Source: Toensbergia leucococca
Taxonomy: Eukaryota
Reading direction: 5' to 3'
Assembly: GCA_022813965.1 (NCBI GenBank)
Contig: JALDZS010000120.1
Coordinates: 1 to 64,000, forward strand
DNA: 64,000 bases
The translations under genes and the position numbers were made by a program. Shown piece by piece: positions 26,261-40,559 of the stretch (position 1 is the first letter of the stretch; the number at the start of each line of letters is the position of its first letter). The notes below the pieces were generated by a model. The model saw nothing but the letters and a program-made list of their open reading frames with translations. It had not been told where the DNA came from and did no database searches.

Positions 26261-27851
26261 CTTGCATACCTAGAAGATAAGTTAACGGTGGGTGATCAAA
26301 ATGCGCTGTGCTTGTTTGAGTGTTTGCTCACTGGAAGCTTGAGTTTAAATTAATCCAAGGGAATGAGGGCCCTATATACCGCACTTGTTAAGGTGTAGCT
26401 CATGATTTCAAGAATTGATGCAACAAGGCGGCTATAACTGCACAAAGATGCTCATTCAGCACTCAGCAAACACGAAACTCTCAAGAGAACGGCTTTGGTG
26501 CAGAAAATGGGTGATCGAGGAATGCTTGTGCTCATGCGGGGTGGATGAAGCTCAAGCTGTAGTGGAGGAGCTCAGAGCCTCCATTCGTGGCCATGGACAA
26601 GCTAGCACCGGCTTCTCGGAAACGTTTCACCGATATTCTAGCATAGGCTTTGCTCTCCTGCGCCTTCGGCCCTTTTCTAGAAATTCTAAGCTCAGGCTAC
26701 TCAAAGATTTACAGAGAATATTTACATCTTGATGTGTAGGGTTGCTAGGTACTCGCAACTCGTAAGGTGCTACGGTAATAAATCAAGCCCGCTAAAATTG
26801 TCCAAGTACAGTAATGACTTGTGCGTCTACTAGGATCGCATTGAAGTATTTCTCACATCGAAATGCAATAAAATAGGTACCTAGAGCCTAGGTACATATA
26901 ATACCAAGTCCTGGTCTGGTTCTACGATCGCATCTGACCAATCACTGAGGAATGCCCACCACACCGTGGGGTGGCTTCGAATGTCTATCGTGGCTTCAGG
27001 ATGCGGGTACTCCGTAAAAGTTGGTGGTTCTTCTAGTTCGGTGATGTAATGGATATTGAGTGTCATGTACAGGAGCCTGTTGACCTGGAATGTAACAAGC
27101 ACCGAGTTTCAAAGGTCGATAGAATTTCTCTTCTGTAGTAGAAAACTTGCTCGTACTCCGTACCTATTGAAAATGCGAGTAGGCGAAAAAGTGTTGGAAT
27201 TGACGATATTCTATTCTAGCCAATGACAGTGTCGCATTCTGCCCTGGGAGGCTAAGCCCCTTTTAAAATGTGAAACATTAGGTAGACAAGGACGGAGACG
27301 AGGCCAGAAGAACTGGGCCAAAAAAAATTACTTTTCGTAGACTTCCAATCCTTTCTTGATGCGAAGACGATACTGCATACCTCATTTCTCCATTGTCACA
27401 TATATCGAATCGCTGCGTGAGACCATTGCAAATACGTGTCCTTCCTTCCATGCAGGCACAGGCACCCGGCTTGCAGATCAATCAAGCGACATACGGGAGT
27501 CAAATCAGGAACAGCCAACTTTCGAAGCCCCCTACGCTTTTTCTCTGACCTTCGCCCACCATTGCCAATTGCGCCCACCCATCAGCGCAGACGCATTATC
27601 TGCATTCCACTCGTTACACCATCTAGAATGTTGCCATCCGTTTTCTACCCTAATTCATAGGCGGCCGTTTGTCTGGTACTGGAAGTTGCTGGTCGCTCCT
27701 CGTTCCAACCCGCAGTGCCTATCCTACACATTTCTGAATACCATCACTTCTCTGAAGTTCGCCTTCGGATTGCTTTTTCAAACGAGGCTGTGCTTGGAGT
27801 CTCGTAATCATCCTTGAGTTCTGGCGCATCGAGTTGGGCAACAGCATCACA

Positions 27852-30800
27852 ATGTCATTCCTCTTTGGCAAAAAGAAAACATCACATAATCCACTTCCAC
27901 AAGCTACACGCGATGCAAATACCACTGGAGGGGCAAGTTCCTCTGCCTCAACCGCCGTCAATAGTATGAAAGACCGGGAAAAAGGCGCTGGTCTTTCTCC
28001 AAACCCAACACCCAATGGCAGCGTCAGTAATTCTTTGAACTCAACTGGAGGAGCAGCCACGCCAAGTCCAGATCATGGTCCAGGACCTCGTGGAGGGACA
28101 GACCAGGACAACCCGGTATGTCAAACCTTTGAACTTTGGGAATTTTACCTCAGCCGCGCGCTTTTCGCGTACTCCAAAAACCCCACGCTCTATGCTCCGA
28201 AATTACCAGGTAGTTGAAACGGTGAGACCGTGCTAACAGCAATCTTTCATGCAGTATGGACCGCGACTTGGCCCAAATGGCGCCAGTTTACCCAATGGTA
28301 TTCCTAATTCAACCTTATATCCATGGTCGCAGCGGCGACTGACGTTCACTACATCCCAACCCAATCCATTCCCTCGATATGGTGCAGCGGTCAACGCGGT
28401 TTCGTCGAAAGAGGGAGATGTATATTTAATGGGAGGTCTTATCAATGGCTCTACAGTAAAGGGCGATCTGTGGATGATTGAGGCAGGTGCTGGAAATCTG
28501 GCATGCTATCCCATAGGAACAACATCTGAAGGCCCAGGTCCCCGCGTTGGCCACGCAAGTCTGTTGGTCGGGAACGCATTCATCGTGTTCGGCGGTGACA
28601 CAAAGATGGATGATCGGGACATGCTGGATGATACTCTGTATCTTTTGAATACCTGTAGGTAGAATCTTGAAGCTACTCTGGCTACTACGCTAACATTATT
28701 AGCCACTCGTCAATGGTCGAGAGCATTGCCACCAGGACCGAAGCCCGCGGGTCGTTACGGTCATACGTTGAATATCCTTGGTTCTAAGATATTCGTATTT
28801 GGTGGACAGGTCGAAGGTTATTTCTTCAACGATTTGGTTGCGTTCGACTTGAATTCTTTGCAAAATGCCAACAACAGATGGGAAATGCTTCTACAAAACA
28901 GCAATGATAGTGGACCCTCCTCCGAGGTGCAATTACCGCCCGCCAGAACAAATCATACAGTTGTCAGCTGGAATGACAAGCTCTACTTGTAAGACATTGC
29001 ATTTTCAAATCGTTGACATGGTTACTAAATTCCCCTTAGATTCGGTGGAACGAACGGCACTCAATGGTTCAACGACGTGTGGTCTTATGATCCACGACAA
29101 AATGCGTGGACTTCTCTAGATTGTATAGGTTATATACCTGCTGCTCGTGAGAATCATTCAGCTGCGCTCGTTAACGACGTCATGTATATATGCGGAGGTC
29201 GTACTGAAGATGGCACCGATCTGGGGGATCTGGCGGCTTTCAAGATTTCGTCAAGGCGTTGGTACACTTTCCAAAATATGGGACCCGCGCCATCTCCTCG
29301 TTCCGGTCATAGTATGACTGCGTATGGCAAGCAGATCGTCGTACTAGCGGGAGAACCGAGCTCTGCACCTCGAGATCCTGGAGAATTAAGTTTAGTATAT
29401 GTATTAGACACTGCTAAAATTCGATACCCAACTGAGAGTCAAACCCAACAACCAACGCCTGGCGATAAGACTTTGGGGAGTCGACGACCTAGCGGAGAAA
29501 GGGGTGGAACGCCCCAAAATAGGGGTATAATATCTCGAGACGGCGCAAATGGCACTCCCGACGGCCCAAGAAGAATGTTGAGTAATTCAAGAGAGAGCGG
29601 GATGGGAAATGGTGGTACTGGTTCTGGTCCTGGCCCTGGCCCGTTCAATGGTCCAGCGAGTGGTCTGGTGAATGGTCCAGCGAGTGGTCTGGTGAATGGT
29701 CCGAATGGTCAATCTCCATCTGGTCCCGGGTCAAGACTCCCTCGCGCCTCAGTAGCACAAGCAGCGCCTCAACAATTCATACCACCGGCAAGACCCAACG
29801 GAGTGTTTCCAGCTGCAAATGCACCAAGAAGCAGAACTCCAACGAAGGAAGGACGAAATTATGGCCCACAAATTGACACTGGTCGCGGGGCGATTGACTC
29901 TGGGCGAGGACCGTCAATGGATAAAGAACTCGTGTCCCCTATCACAGGTGATAGCCCGAGGCAAGGTGTGTCAAGCAGAACTATTAGTCCGATTGGGAAC
30001 GAACGACGCGCACCAATACAACAGCCATCGAGATTAGCAACATCGGTCAACGACACGGAAGAGCTCACTAGAGCAAATGACCCGTCTGCGAGGTCAGGAT
30101 CTCGGCAAGCCCGACAGCAAGTATCTCCCCACAATTTCGAGGATGCTTTAGCACCCCATGAGTTCCAGCAACGGCAGCTTAGCGACCAGAATGATGCGAT
30201 TGATAATTTTCCCCCATCTGATCACCCGATGGAGCGGGTTCCATCGCCTGCTCTAGTACGCCAGCATGAAGAGCTTAAACAGCAACATGAGGAGCTCCTT
30301 AAAGAAGTTGATGCTTCCAGAAAACGCAATGCTTGGTATGCTTCTGAGCTAGCTTTAGCTGAAAAGGCCGGATACCACCAAAACGCTTCCCAGAGCTCAT
30401 TCCTTGATGAGTCGTCTGTTCGATCTTTTGGCGAAGATGATAAACCCCTGATTGAGGCATTCATGGCAATGCGTACCGAACTCGCTGAGGTCCAGGGGTC
30501 CGTCGATTCACGATTGGAAGAAGCAGCACAGCAGGTGGCGGAAGTAGAGAACCAAAGAGATGTTGCTATTAGAGAAGCTGCCTATGCGAAGGCAAAGCTT
30601 GCTGCGCATGGTGGTAGTCGGGCCGGCACGCCGCAGACGGATAACCTTCAAGGTGGCAACAGCAACGACGATCGCTCACATGATATGGGCCGAAAGCTCG
30701 CGATTGCGTTGAATACCCAGACTGGACTTCAATCCAAGATCGAAGCTCTGATGACTGAGGTCCAAGCTGAACGGCATATGAGAGCGTTAGCTGAAGCTAC

Positions 30801-32844
30801 CACTGACGCTGCGCAGAAGCGTGCAACCGAGCTTGATCAATCACGAGATCCTGGAGAGGTCGAGACTCTTAAAAGGGAACTTTATGAAGCTGAGAAGCTT
30901 ACACGAGATGAAGCGGCACAGAAGGCCGAGGCTCAGGCAAACGCACGTCTACTGGAGATTGACAAGGAAGACTTAACTCGCCAGCTCGAAGATGCAACGG
31001 ACAACTCCAAAGCACACATCACTGTTCTCGGCTCACTCCGTGAGGCTGTAGCATCCTCGGACAACAAATCCTCCCTACTAGAACAAAGACTTGAAGAGGA
31101 GAGAGAGTTAAGAGAAACTGTAGATCGTAAGTTGTTGCAACTACGAGCAGAGCATGAAGAGCGAACGGCTGAGCTCGACGCCACATCACGCAAGCTACGG
31201 GATGCCGAAGAACTCGTAGACACCAATGCTAATGAAGCTCGAACACACCGTGAAGTTGTTCTCTCCGGCCTCGACAAGCTCAATATGCGCAACCTTGATG
31301 ATCATCAAGACGCCATGGTCGACAAGCGTGTGACTGTACTTCAGCAGCGAGTCGAGAGTGCTGATGCCATGGTCAAAAGACATCAGGCAGCGACGGACAA
31401 CGCAGCTGAGAAGCTGCGACGAGCTGAAGAGCGTCTTGCAGATCTAGAAGCTTATCACGAGCAAGCGAGTCAAGAAAATCTTGATGTTCGTAAGCAATTA
31501 CAGGACGCCGTCCACGAGTCGCAAATGTTGAGAGTGCAACATTCGGAGGCCCTAGAGCAGCTTGGGAATCATCAGCGTGATACCAATGCGATGTCTATAC
31601 AGCACAGTGCTCTAAAAAATTTGCTTGAGGAGAGAGGCATGAATGCATCTGAGCATGGCTCTCGGAACATAGAGAGTCCGGGATATTTCGCCGAGAGAGA
31701 TCAGAATCGTCTGAAAGAGCTCGAGCAGCAACTAGACTCTAGCTTCCGCGCTCATGAGGAGACCAAATCGATGTTTGAGCTTCGGGAACAGGAAACGGAG
31801 AAAATCTATCGTGAGAAGCTGGAGCAACTTGAGCAAGACTATCAATCTGCCGTTCATTATGTCAAGGGCACTGAGAAAATGCTCAAGCGTATGAAGGACG
31901 AACTCACCAAGTATAAAACTCAGAACGCACGCCTGCAGAGCGATCTCGAAGCGTCGAAGCGATCTCGGTCCGAACGCTCTATGAGTTCGGATGCTCCTGA
32001 AGACTGGGAAAACGAGCGTCAATCGCTTCGGCGAGAGATTGGAGAAATGCAAGAGAACCTCAAAGATTCCGTGTCGCAGCTGGAGCGGCAGATGCGAGAA
32101 GTACAGTCGGAACTTCATGCGGTGCAGGAAGAACGGGATCATTATCGCAGCAGCAACGAACAAAGCCAACACCATCTCACCCAGACCACACAGCAAGCAC
32201 GTGCTGATCTGGAGCAGTTGAAGAGCGAAAACGCTATGCTTGAGACGCGAGCAATGGACGCCGAACGAAGAGTGACTTTATTACTGGACCAGGTTGAGAG
32301 TTCTGTTGGAAATTACAGAAGGCAGTCTCAGTCGATACAGACAAACGGAAATCACGTTCGCAACCCCAGCACGAGTTCCAATCCTAACACGCCTGGCGGC
32401 TTTCACTCCCACTCTGACAGCATCTCAGCCGATTCGGCCTTTAGCGCCGGCCCAGAAAATCGCAGCAGCGTCGCGTTAGATAGCCTCGCCTCGGAATTAG
32501 AAACGTTGAGGACGCACTGGGAAGGCACGCATCGAAATTACCGGCTGAGCAATCAATTCGACTTTGAGCGGACACCGACGGCTGCCTCTAGCGGTGGCGA
32601 GGGTTTGTTGAGCGACAGCCTTGCTAGCTGGAGAAAGAAACTGGATGCAGAAGAGGCGGAGAAGGACAGCAGTCACAGTCCTGTGCTGAACGGACGATCA
32701 AGTCCTGCAACGGGAATGATGGGGACGTTCAGTCAGGGTCGTGTGGCTAGTCCCCGGAGAGGAGATCCGGAACGAATAAGGAGAAGCATGGCTGAGCCCC
32801 TGGAGCGACACATGGATGAAGATGTGGTGGCCAATGTTATATGA
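27852..32844 (+). CDS. tea1: Kelch-repeat cell polarity protein (Tea1/Kel1/TeaA)
   Basis: Six kelch repeats (PRYGAA, PRVGHA, GRYGHT, ARTNHT, ARENHS, PRSGHS) and a long C-terminal coiled coil. Three introns. Internal 24-bp repeat encoding NGPASGLV at ~29647-29700. Confidence 0.93.
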
Positions 32845-33230
32845 TGAAGGGACGAATTGTGTGCTTGGTGGACTGTTTTATTGACGACTTGATAGATTAG
32901 GCAACGACTGGAGCTTTACTATGTTTGGGCGTTTGATAGTGAGCTTTTTGTTTCTTTTCGTGCAGGGATTTTTCAGATGATGCTTGGGCACCTCGGTGTG
33001 TCCTGTTCTTTTTCTGCTGGAGGCTTTTTTGTGGGCTGTGGCATTCTGATATGTAATTGTAAGTGCTGGACGCGGAATTGTGGTTGGTGGTCTACATAGT
33101 ATTGTATCAAAGTTCCATTATGCCCATGCAGAAACATCAAAGAATACTTCTATTCGTACGATATGAGCCTTGATGTCTATCAACCGTTATTGCCCTCGTG
33201 CCCTATGCCCTATGCCCTTAGCCCTAGGTT

Positions 33231-33285
33231 ATGACTCGCGTAATGACTCGACGTCAACGTTTGGGTTTTACTCCGAGTGACTAAT
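33231..33285 (+). promoter_or_regulatory. Gcn4/CpcA response elements upstream of the AspRS gene
   Basis: ATGACTC at 33231-33237 and 33243-33249, plus GTGACTAA at ~33277, 130-180 bp upstream of the ATG. Confidence 0.65.
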
Positions 33286-33411
33286 CGCCCACTAATTTCA
33301 CCTGACACATCGTTCATTTTCTCACTGCAAATTGATCCCGTAGCTCTTTGCCTGACATACTATCACGGTGAAAGGTACTGCAAACTTTCTCAAAACCACC
33401 ATCCACCTCCC

Positions 33412-35219
33412 ATGAGCTCGCAGCAGGATCTGCCCGTTGGGCAGACCAAACCCAACGAAGAAGAAGGCGAAACAGGACCTACGAAGAATGCATTGAAGAA
33501 AGCACAAAAGGAAGAGAAAAAGGCTAGGGAAAAGGCCGAAAAGGCGGCTAGGATAGAGGCTCAAGAAAAGCAAAAGAGGGATGAAGCCGAGGCAAATGAT
33601 ACGTCCAAGGGTAAATATGGCCCCTTGGTTCTCTCTTCTCCAGGCCCTGCCATTGTCGATCTCATCGACATCCACCCGGGCATCGAAGGCGAGGTTGTGA
33701 CTGCTTGGGCCCGGGTGGAGAATGCGAGGGTACAGTCTGCAAAGCTTGCTTTTTTGGTTCTACGTCAAGGAGGGGAGTCAATCCAAGCAGTCGTAGCTGG
33801 AGGAGGGCAACATCAAATCTCAAGGCAGATGGTCAAGTGGTCGGGATCCATCAACACGGAATCAATCGTGAGAGTCACTGGCCTTGTGAAGCGCACAGAA
33901 GAAGAGGTTAAATCCGCCAGCCTAGGTAGTGTGGAATTGCATGTCGAACAGCTCTTCGAGGAGGCCCAGGCTGCCGAGAAGCTTCCAACACAATACAAGG
34001 ACTGCTTACGAACCGAGAGCGAGTCAGAGAGCCAAGGTCTTCCGATTGTGAGTCTGAGTACAAGACTCGACAACCCCGTCATTGACAAACGCACACCTGC
34101 CAACCGCGCCATCTTCAAACTCCAAAGCGCAATAAGCTATTTGTTCCTCGAATACATGGAAAAGCATGATTTTACCCTGATCCACAGCTCCAAAATCGTT
34201 GGGACTGCAACCGAAGGTGGCGCCGACGTCTTTGAAATGAATTACTTTGACAAACCGGCATATTTGACTCAAAGCCCGCAAATATTCAAGCAAATGGCCA
34301 TCTCAATGGACATGGAACGCGTCTGCGAAATCGGTCCAGTCTTCCGCGCCGAAAAATCAAACACCCATAGACACGTAGCAGAGGTAAACCCCCCTATCTT
34401 CTCTTCCAAAGCCAACCCAACTAACCCTCGACACTCCACAGTTCACAGGCCTCGACTTCGAAATGGTCATCAAAAACCACTACCACGAAGTCCTCTCCTT
34501 TGGCGAATCCCTCATGATCCACATCCTCCGCTCCCTGCAAACCAACCCCAAATACACCGCCCTAATCTCCACAATCGAAAAAACCTACCCGGGCGCCGGC
34601 AATTTCAAACTCCCACCCGGCGACACCACCCTCCGACTCACCTTTGCCGAAGCCGTCGATCTCCTCAACGAAGCCGGCATCCTCAACGAAGCAGGCGAGA
34701 AATGCGGCCCGTACGATGACTTCAGGTAACTCTTCCCTCCCACCCTTGGCCAAACCCCCACCCAAAAAAAACTAAACCCCGCCCAGCACCCGCCAAGAAA
34801 AAGCCCTGGGAGCCATCATCCTCCAAAAACACAACACAGACTTCTACACCATCGACGCCTTCCCCCTCTCCCTCCGCCCCTTCTACACCCACCCCTCCTC
34901 CCCCCTAGAAGACCCCAATTCCCCACCCCCATCAGAACCCCTCTCAAACTCCTACGACTTTTTCCTCCGCGGCCAGGAAATCATGTCCGGCGCCCAGCGC
35001 ATCCACAAATACGCAGACCTCCGCGCCGCCATGCGCGCCAAGGGCCTCGATCCGGACAACGAGGGCTTCAAGGACTACCTGGAGGCGTTTCGCTGCGGGT
35101 GCTGGCCGCATGGTGGGGGCGGGTTGGGGCTGAATCGCATATTGCAGTTTTTTTTGAACCTGAGCGATGTGCGCATGGCGACGCTGTTTCCGCGCGATCA
35201 GCAGCGGTTGGCGCCTTAA
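33412..35219 (+). CDS. Cytosolic-type aspartyl-tRNA synthetase (class IIb)
   Basis: OB-fold anticodon domain, QSPQIFKQM, GPVFRAEKSNTHRH..EFTGLDFEM, GQEIMSGAQRIH, PHGGGGLGLNR, FPRD. Introns at about 34384-34441 and 34726-34785. Confidence 0.93.
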
Positions 35220-35225
35220 GGGTGC

Positions 35226-35252
35226 TGTGTGTGTGTGTGTGTGTGTGTGTGT
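35226..35252. repeat. (GT)n microsatellite
   Basis: Directly visible after the AspRS stop. Confidence 0.95.
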
Positions 35253-35487
35253 GCTTTCTTTTGTGTGTGAGGAGGGGGGTGGATATTCGAGATGTGGGGA
35301 TATCTTTCTTTTTCTTATCTCAGGGCGTAGATGTCTTGCCGATAGCTATTTATGAACCCCCATCCCAATCTCAGCAATCGCCCATCTTAGATATACCCAG
35401 CCATAGAAAAGCACATAATCCCCCCGGTTGAATCCCCACTCACCACAATCAAAACCCTCACCCAATCCCCACACACACAATGCCCTA

Positions 35488-36766
35488 TCAACCCCACACC
35501 CCCAACCCCCCCAAAAGATCCTTCTGCCGCCACACCTCGGCCACCAGCACAGCGAGCACATACAGCATCGCCAGCCCCTCATCCGTCTCTCCATCCCGCT
35601 CCGAAGTAGCGTCATGTTCTAACTCGACGCTCAAACGTGCCGGCGGTGGTGGGGCTGCGGAGGCGGGATTGATGGAGGCGAGGAGAGCGGCGCGGGCGTG
35701 GGAGAGGGGGGATAGTGGGGGCGGAGGGGTGCGGGTGAGGTCGCTCTCCTCCTCCTCCTCCTTTTCGGGGGCAGCGTTTTCCGCCTCGTCCGCTTCTTCG
35801 GCCATCTCCAGCCGCTCCGATTCCTCCTCCAGCTCGTGCTGCTGCTGCTGTTCTTTCAGCCGCTCCCTCCACGCCCGCACGGCTGCTTTCCCAACCCCGC
35901 GCACGACCCCGACCTCTTCGCTCACCATCTCCTCCGGGCCTCTGCATCGCCCCAGCAAGCCCCATGCCCATGCGCCTATCCTGCGCCCTTCCGTTCCGCC
36001 CATTGACTCCCTTCCGAGTAACGCTTCTAGCGCCTCCAGCCCAATCAGTATGGCTTCTTGGCTTAGGTCTGAGAGGAGTAGCATCGTAGGCTGGAGGTGC
36101 AGGATCTGGTGCCGCCATTCGGAGCTGCTTGCGCTGTTGAGTGCGAGTGCTGTTGTATTTGGCGGGGGTTGGGCATGGGGATTGGGTGCGTGGGAAAGGG
36201 TTCGGCGGAAAGAGGCGAAGCGGGTGAGGAGCGCAGAATTGTAGGCTGCTTGGGGCGATTTTGAGGAGGGGGGGTTGGCAGATGGGGCAGGGTTTAGGGG
36301 GGTGGCGGTGTAGGCGCCGTTGGAGTAGTAGCCTTTTGGAGCGGGATCGTAGTCGGCGTAGAGGTCGGTTTCTGAGGTTGGGGTGGGGAGCTGGGCTTGT
36401 CGGGGAGCGACGAGGAGGTTTGGGATGGTGTGGGCTTCGGTTCTGGGGTTGGGGGTTGGTTAGTTGTGACGTTCGGGGCCCTGGGGGGGAGAGGGGGGAA
36501 GGGTTTCTTTACCTGACCATGCGCAGATATTCCAGGCCATCGCTGGCTGGGGCATAGAAGAGATCATCTGCTTTTGAATGATTGTCTAGACCCGGGAAAG
36601 CGCCTCGTTGGCCGTAGGTGGGATCTACGCGGGGCTGGACAGAGGTGGGAGAATTGGTCGAGTCGGAGTCGGAGTCCGAGAGGTGGGATGGACGGTGGCG
36701 TTTAATAGGACTATGGTCTGGCCAATTTGTATTGGTGCTTTTGTATTGGCGCTTCTTGATGTCCAT
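35488..36766 (-). CDS. Gemin2/SIP1/Brr1-like snRNP assembly factor
   Basis: GQRGAFPGL...YAPASDGLEYLRMVR, AWAWGLLGRC and EVWRQKDL. One intron at ~36513-36445. Confidence 0.7.
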
Positions 36767-37146
36767 GGTTGTGGAGGTGGTGGTGGTGGCTGTCTGGGAT
36801 GAATTCAGTACGAGTGTCTCATCAACTGATCAGCTGATGAATGAACAGGAATTCCCATATCAAGGGCTTGAACTCATAAGACAGAACTTTGGTACTTATT
36901 ATTAGTTGCATTCATGACATTTCACCATGGTAAGCCTTGGCGAATGTAGAGTCACTTAGTGCAACTAGACTAAATGGTATCTCCTCTCTCCTGTCTAACC
37001 CTAACAGTACGAGTAACATCCCCATGCTTGAATCACTTAATTCATAGATTACGTGAGTCCAACATGAGCAACAAAAGGCTCTTGCAGCAACTGCCAGTTG
37101 AACCTTTTACCAACAAGACTCCCATTACTCCCCGAGAACCTCAGCA

Positions 37147-40100
37147 TCAGGTCATGCTTCCCACTATCAAAGCCGCCACACCCTCCTCCTCACTCCGGAC
37201 AGAGATTTTGGTCGTTACCCCACTCCTGGCCGAAAAGGCCATCCTGACCTTGGCAGCAACTTTTCCCCCAGAGAGTGTTTTACCGTAGAGCAAGAGCACG
37301 TGCGTGATGGTGGAAGTGGCTATGTCCGTGCCATCCAAAGGTTGAAGGGAAAGGGCCTTGGTAATCTGTTCCGTTGCATCTATAAGAATACGTCAGCCCA
37401 CCACCATTTTAACAGTATACCACAGAGTATCTTTACCTGTTATGCTTTTCGAATCACTCAATTGCAGCGTTTCTTCCGCATCATCCCCATTGGCGCCAAT
37501 CTGCTCCCAGATATGGTTGAAGCTACCTGCGAATGCCGGCACAACATAATCACTACCCGCAAGATCCAGATCTTCTACTTGATATTCATCCTCGTAGCCG
37601 TTCTCATCGGGTTCCCCTGTTGTGGGATCTATTTCCTTGCTGGTGAATTTGAGAATATTGGTAAAGGTCGTGATCGGGTAAGGGCTGTCTTTAACTTTCT
37701 TGAAACTCACGTACACTGTCCCTGGCTGATCGGTAGGAAGCTTCGAAACAGGCACGATAAATTCTTCTTCTAGGGAGTCATCTTCTTCTGATGGTGTAGC
37801 CACGACCGACACCTCCTCAAGTACTGTATCAGGTAGCGTGTTTTTGATGTCGTATTGAACTACTATATGATCTTTGTATATATGCTTGATGGCACTGACA
37901 ACATACTCCGTCTCGGATTCGGTCAATTCGACCGTGGATGACGATCTAAGCACTGGTCCATATGCCTTCAATTCTGGAATTTGCATCAGTTGTTGGGCAT
38001 GCTTCTGAGCCGCTGCTATTTCGGTTGCGGCACTATCAGTACTGCCGTTTGCCTGAGCCTTCTTGGGCCCTGTGCTTGGCGCTTTGAGGGTGGGCGTCGC
38101 ACTCGTCAGCTTCTTCGTCCGCTCTTCGGCAAGAGCTTGCTCGTGGCTGACAATGGGAATGGTGGATATATCGAAGGCTTTGGCAAAGGTGGCTTTGTCG
38201 TCAGCCGTCACGTACATGACCAGTTGGTGCTCGAAAGTGGAAAGCGAGAACATTGATTCTGAAGCAAGTTAGTTGAGTAAATAGTTGCAGTCTTCTGGAA
38301 ACATACCATTCTTGATGAATCGGTTGGCCATCTCGTCCTCTTCAGTCATCAACCTCAAGTTCAAGGCAGCGCGATCACGGACTTCATCATCGGTATCGTC
38401 CAGGCATCGAGTAAGTAATACCGTCACGCTTCTCTTGACTTCGGGATCTTGTTGTCCAACGCCGAATTTGGCCAAGGCTGTCACTGCGGCAGCCCTGACA
38501 ACAGCATTCTCCAAAACAACGCGATTATAAATGTAGCGAATATACTTTGTTGGCTGAGGTGTTTTGGGGCCTTCGACTCCAAGCAAGTGTAGTATGCGCA
38601 CCGCTAGTTTGGTAAACTCGCAATCTTCAATAAATTCGCACAAATGCGCCAGAGCTAATGCAGTCAGCCATTGATCCTCTATTTAAGGCATCAGACTTAC
38701 CGTCCTCCTTACTACCAGGGACAAATTTGATCAAGTCAAACATGCTTTCAACCACGCTTCGCTTGAACTCGTAGCCACCCTCGTCTCTAAGTATTCCACT
38801 CAAGAATGTGAGCATGCCAGCCTGCTTATTGGGAAACTTGAGACAAAGTGTTCGGATTGCCTCAACAATAGTAATTTTGAACTCGTCAGTGATTTCAGCC
38901 ATGAATCCCGAGATTTGTTTCATTAATCGATCAACGCTGCCTTCGTTTCCGGTCTTGAGAAGAGTCGTAATAGCAAATGTCGCAATGGAACGGTTAGTGT
39001 TAGTGATCAAGGTCTCAATATCCGGATTACATTGGCGCACCACCTGTGGATTGAAAGACGCGACGTTATGGAGAATACGTATAGCAGCAAATTTAGTGAC
39101 AGCACGGGGCGATGTAAGGAAAAGTTGTAGCGTATGTATCGCTTGAGTCAATTCTGCTTCGTTGACATCCCGCAAATCGCAGATAGCCTTCGCAGCTTCG
39201 AAGTTGACCATTTCACTCTTGTGCCGTAGCCAACCATCGAGATGTACACGCATGGCTTTTCGCATGCTTGGATCATCCTCAGCTAGCTTAGCTGCCAATC
39301 GCACGAGCATCACTGTACCCGCTGGACTCTTCACTACTCCCGGCATACCAAGTTGCTGTACCATCTTGACCAAGGCCATTCTATCGTGTGATCTCATCTG
39401 ATAAAGTAGACCAATCGCGTGATATTGGGTCATGAAATTGACATTGGAAGCAGCTAACGAGTGTTGACTTCCTGATGTGGAAAACCCTAGCGAAAACCCT
39501 CCAGATGATTTAGGTAACGAGGCGGCCTCTTGTGTCTCACTTTGCCACCTTCGGACAACATCTCGAGCTATGGGAAGCAGGTGATATGATGAGACAAGAG
39601 CTGCCGAGGAGACAGACGGGGTTTTGTCAACGATTGCGGTCTTGATTAAGCGTTCGATTGCTTGTACTGTAGTCGCCTGTAAAGCATTAGCACCATACGC
39701 TGAGCGGAGCAAGCCCAACATACATCGATAATCCTACATAGAGCTCTGATAGCATTGGCTCTATACAAAATATCACTGTTTACGGCCGTGTCCTTCATTA
39801 TACTACTCGTGACCATGATAACATCCTCGGCCGTATTTGCAAGCTCTTTTATTATAAGGTAGACCATCTGGCGCAAAGAAGCATCTTTATTCTGGAAGAG
39901 CTTTGAGATACCAAAGAAGAGGGACGTGGCTTCGTTGGTCGGGAACTTCTCCCCGGTGAAGAGAAGAAGGGCGATTTTGGTCAGAAGAATTCGACATCTT
40001 CGCGGTGAGATGGGTGATGAATTGAAAAGGCGTGCTGGGCTCCGTCAGCTAAAGCCAGATTTGAGTGATTTGGCTGCCTACCTTCCTGAAAGACTGAGGT

Positions 40101-40157
40101 TCTGTCCATCTTCACAACGGTCTGGTCACCATCTTCGTCCTTCTTGCCGTAGCTCAT
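37147..40157 (-). CDS. sec21: Coatomer subunit gamma
   Basis: MSYGKKDED...VFQE, adaptin-N repeats ([12 protein letters not shown]), [12 protein letters not shown] appendage. Four introns. Confidence 0.96.
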
Positions 40158-40559
40158 GGTGAGTTTGTACGGCAGAAAAGGCGGCGGCGTCAAATGTTGC
40201 TGCCAATGTGGGTGGGCTTGTTTCTGTTTGTTGGTAGGTAGGGGAGGTATTGATGCGAAAATGTGCTGACCCTAAGTTTCCCTGCTCACAGCATCACGTA
40301 TATTTGCCCTGGTTTGCATGTGTCATATACCAGGGACCATAGCCTTGGGGAAGCTATTCGCGATTGTACACGGTAGTACTGCAGTGGGAATTTGAGGTTG
40401 AAGGGTCTCCACTAGATGATTCGCTAGAATACGTCTCCTGAAGAGGGCAAACATTGCAAACACCGAGACACTCTCCACTTTAGGCAACGACCTCAGAAAC
40501 TACTCGAATACAAAATGCCCATGTCTTCGATGTCTACCTAAGTCATCTTAATTATCAAC

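Noticed and set aside
33277..34719. 480-aa ORF with an R/P/H-rich tail
   Set aside because: The tail is read-through of the intron at 34384 in the AspRS gene.
35480..36244. 254-aa plus-strand ORF and similar antisense ORFs across the window
   Set aside because: Shadow ORFs of GC-rich genes on the opposite strand.
36996..37007. CTAACCCTAAC, resembling a telomere repeat or telomerase template
   Set aside because: Under two repeat units, in the sec21 3' region, with no supporting structure.
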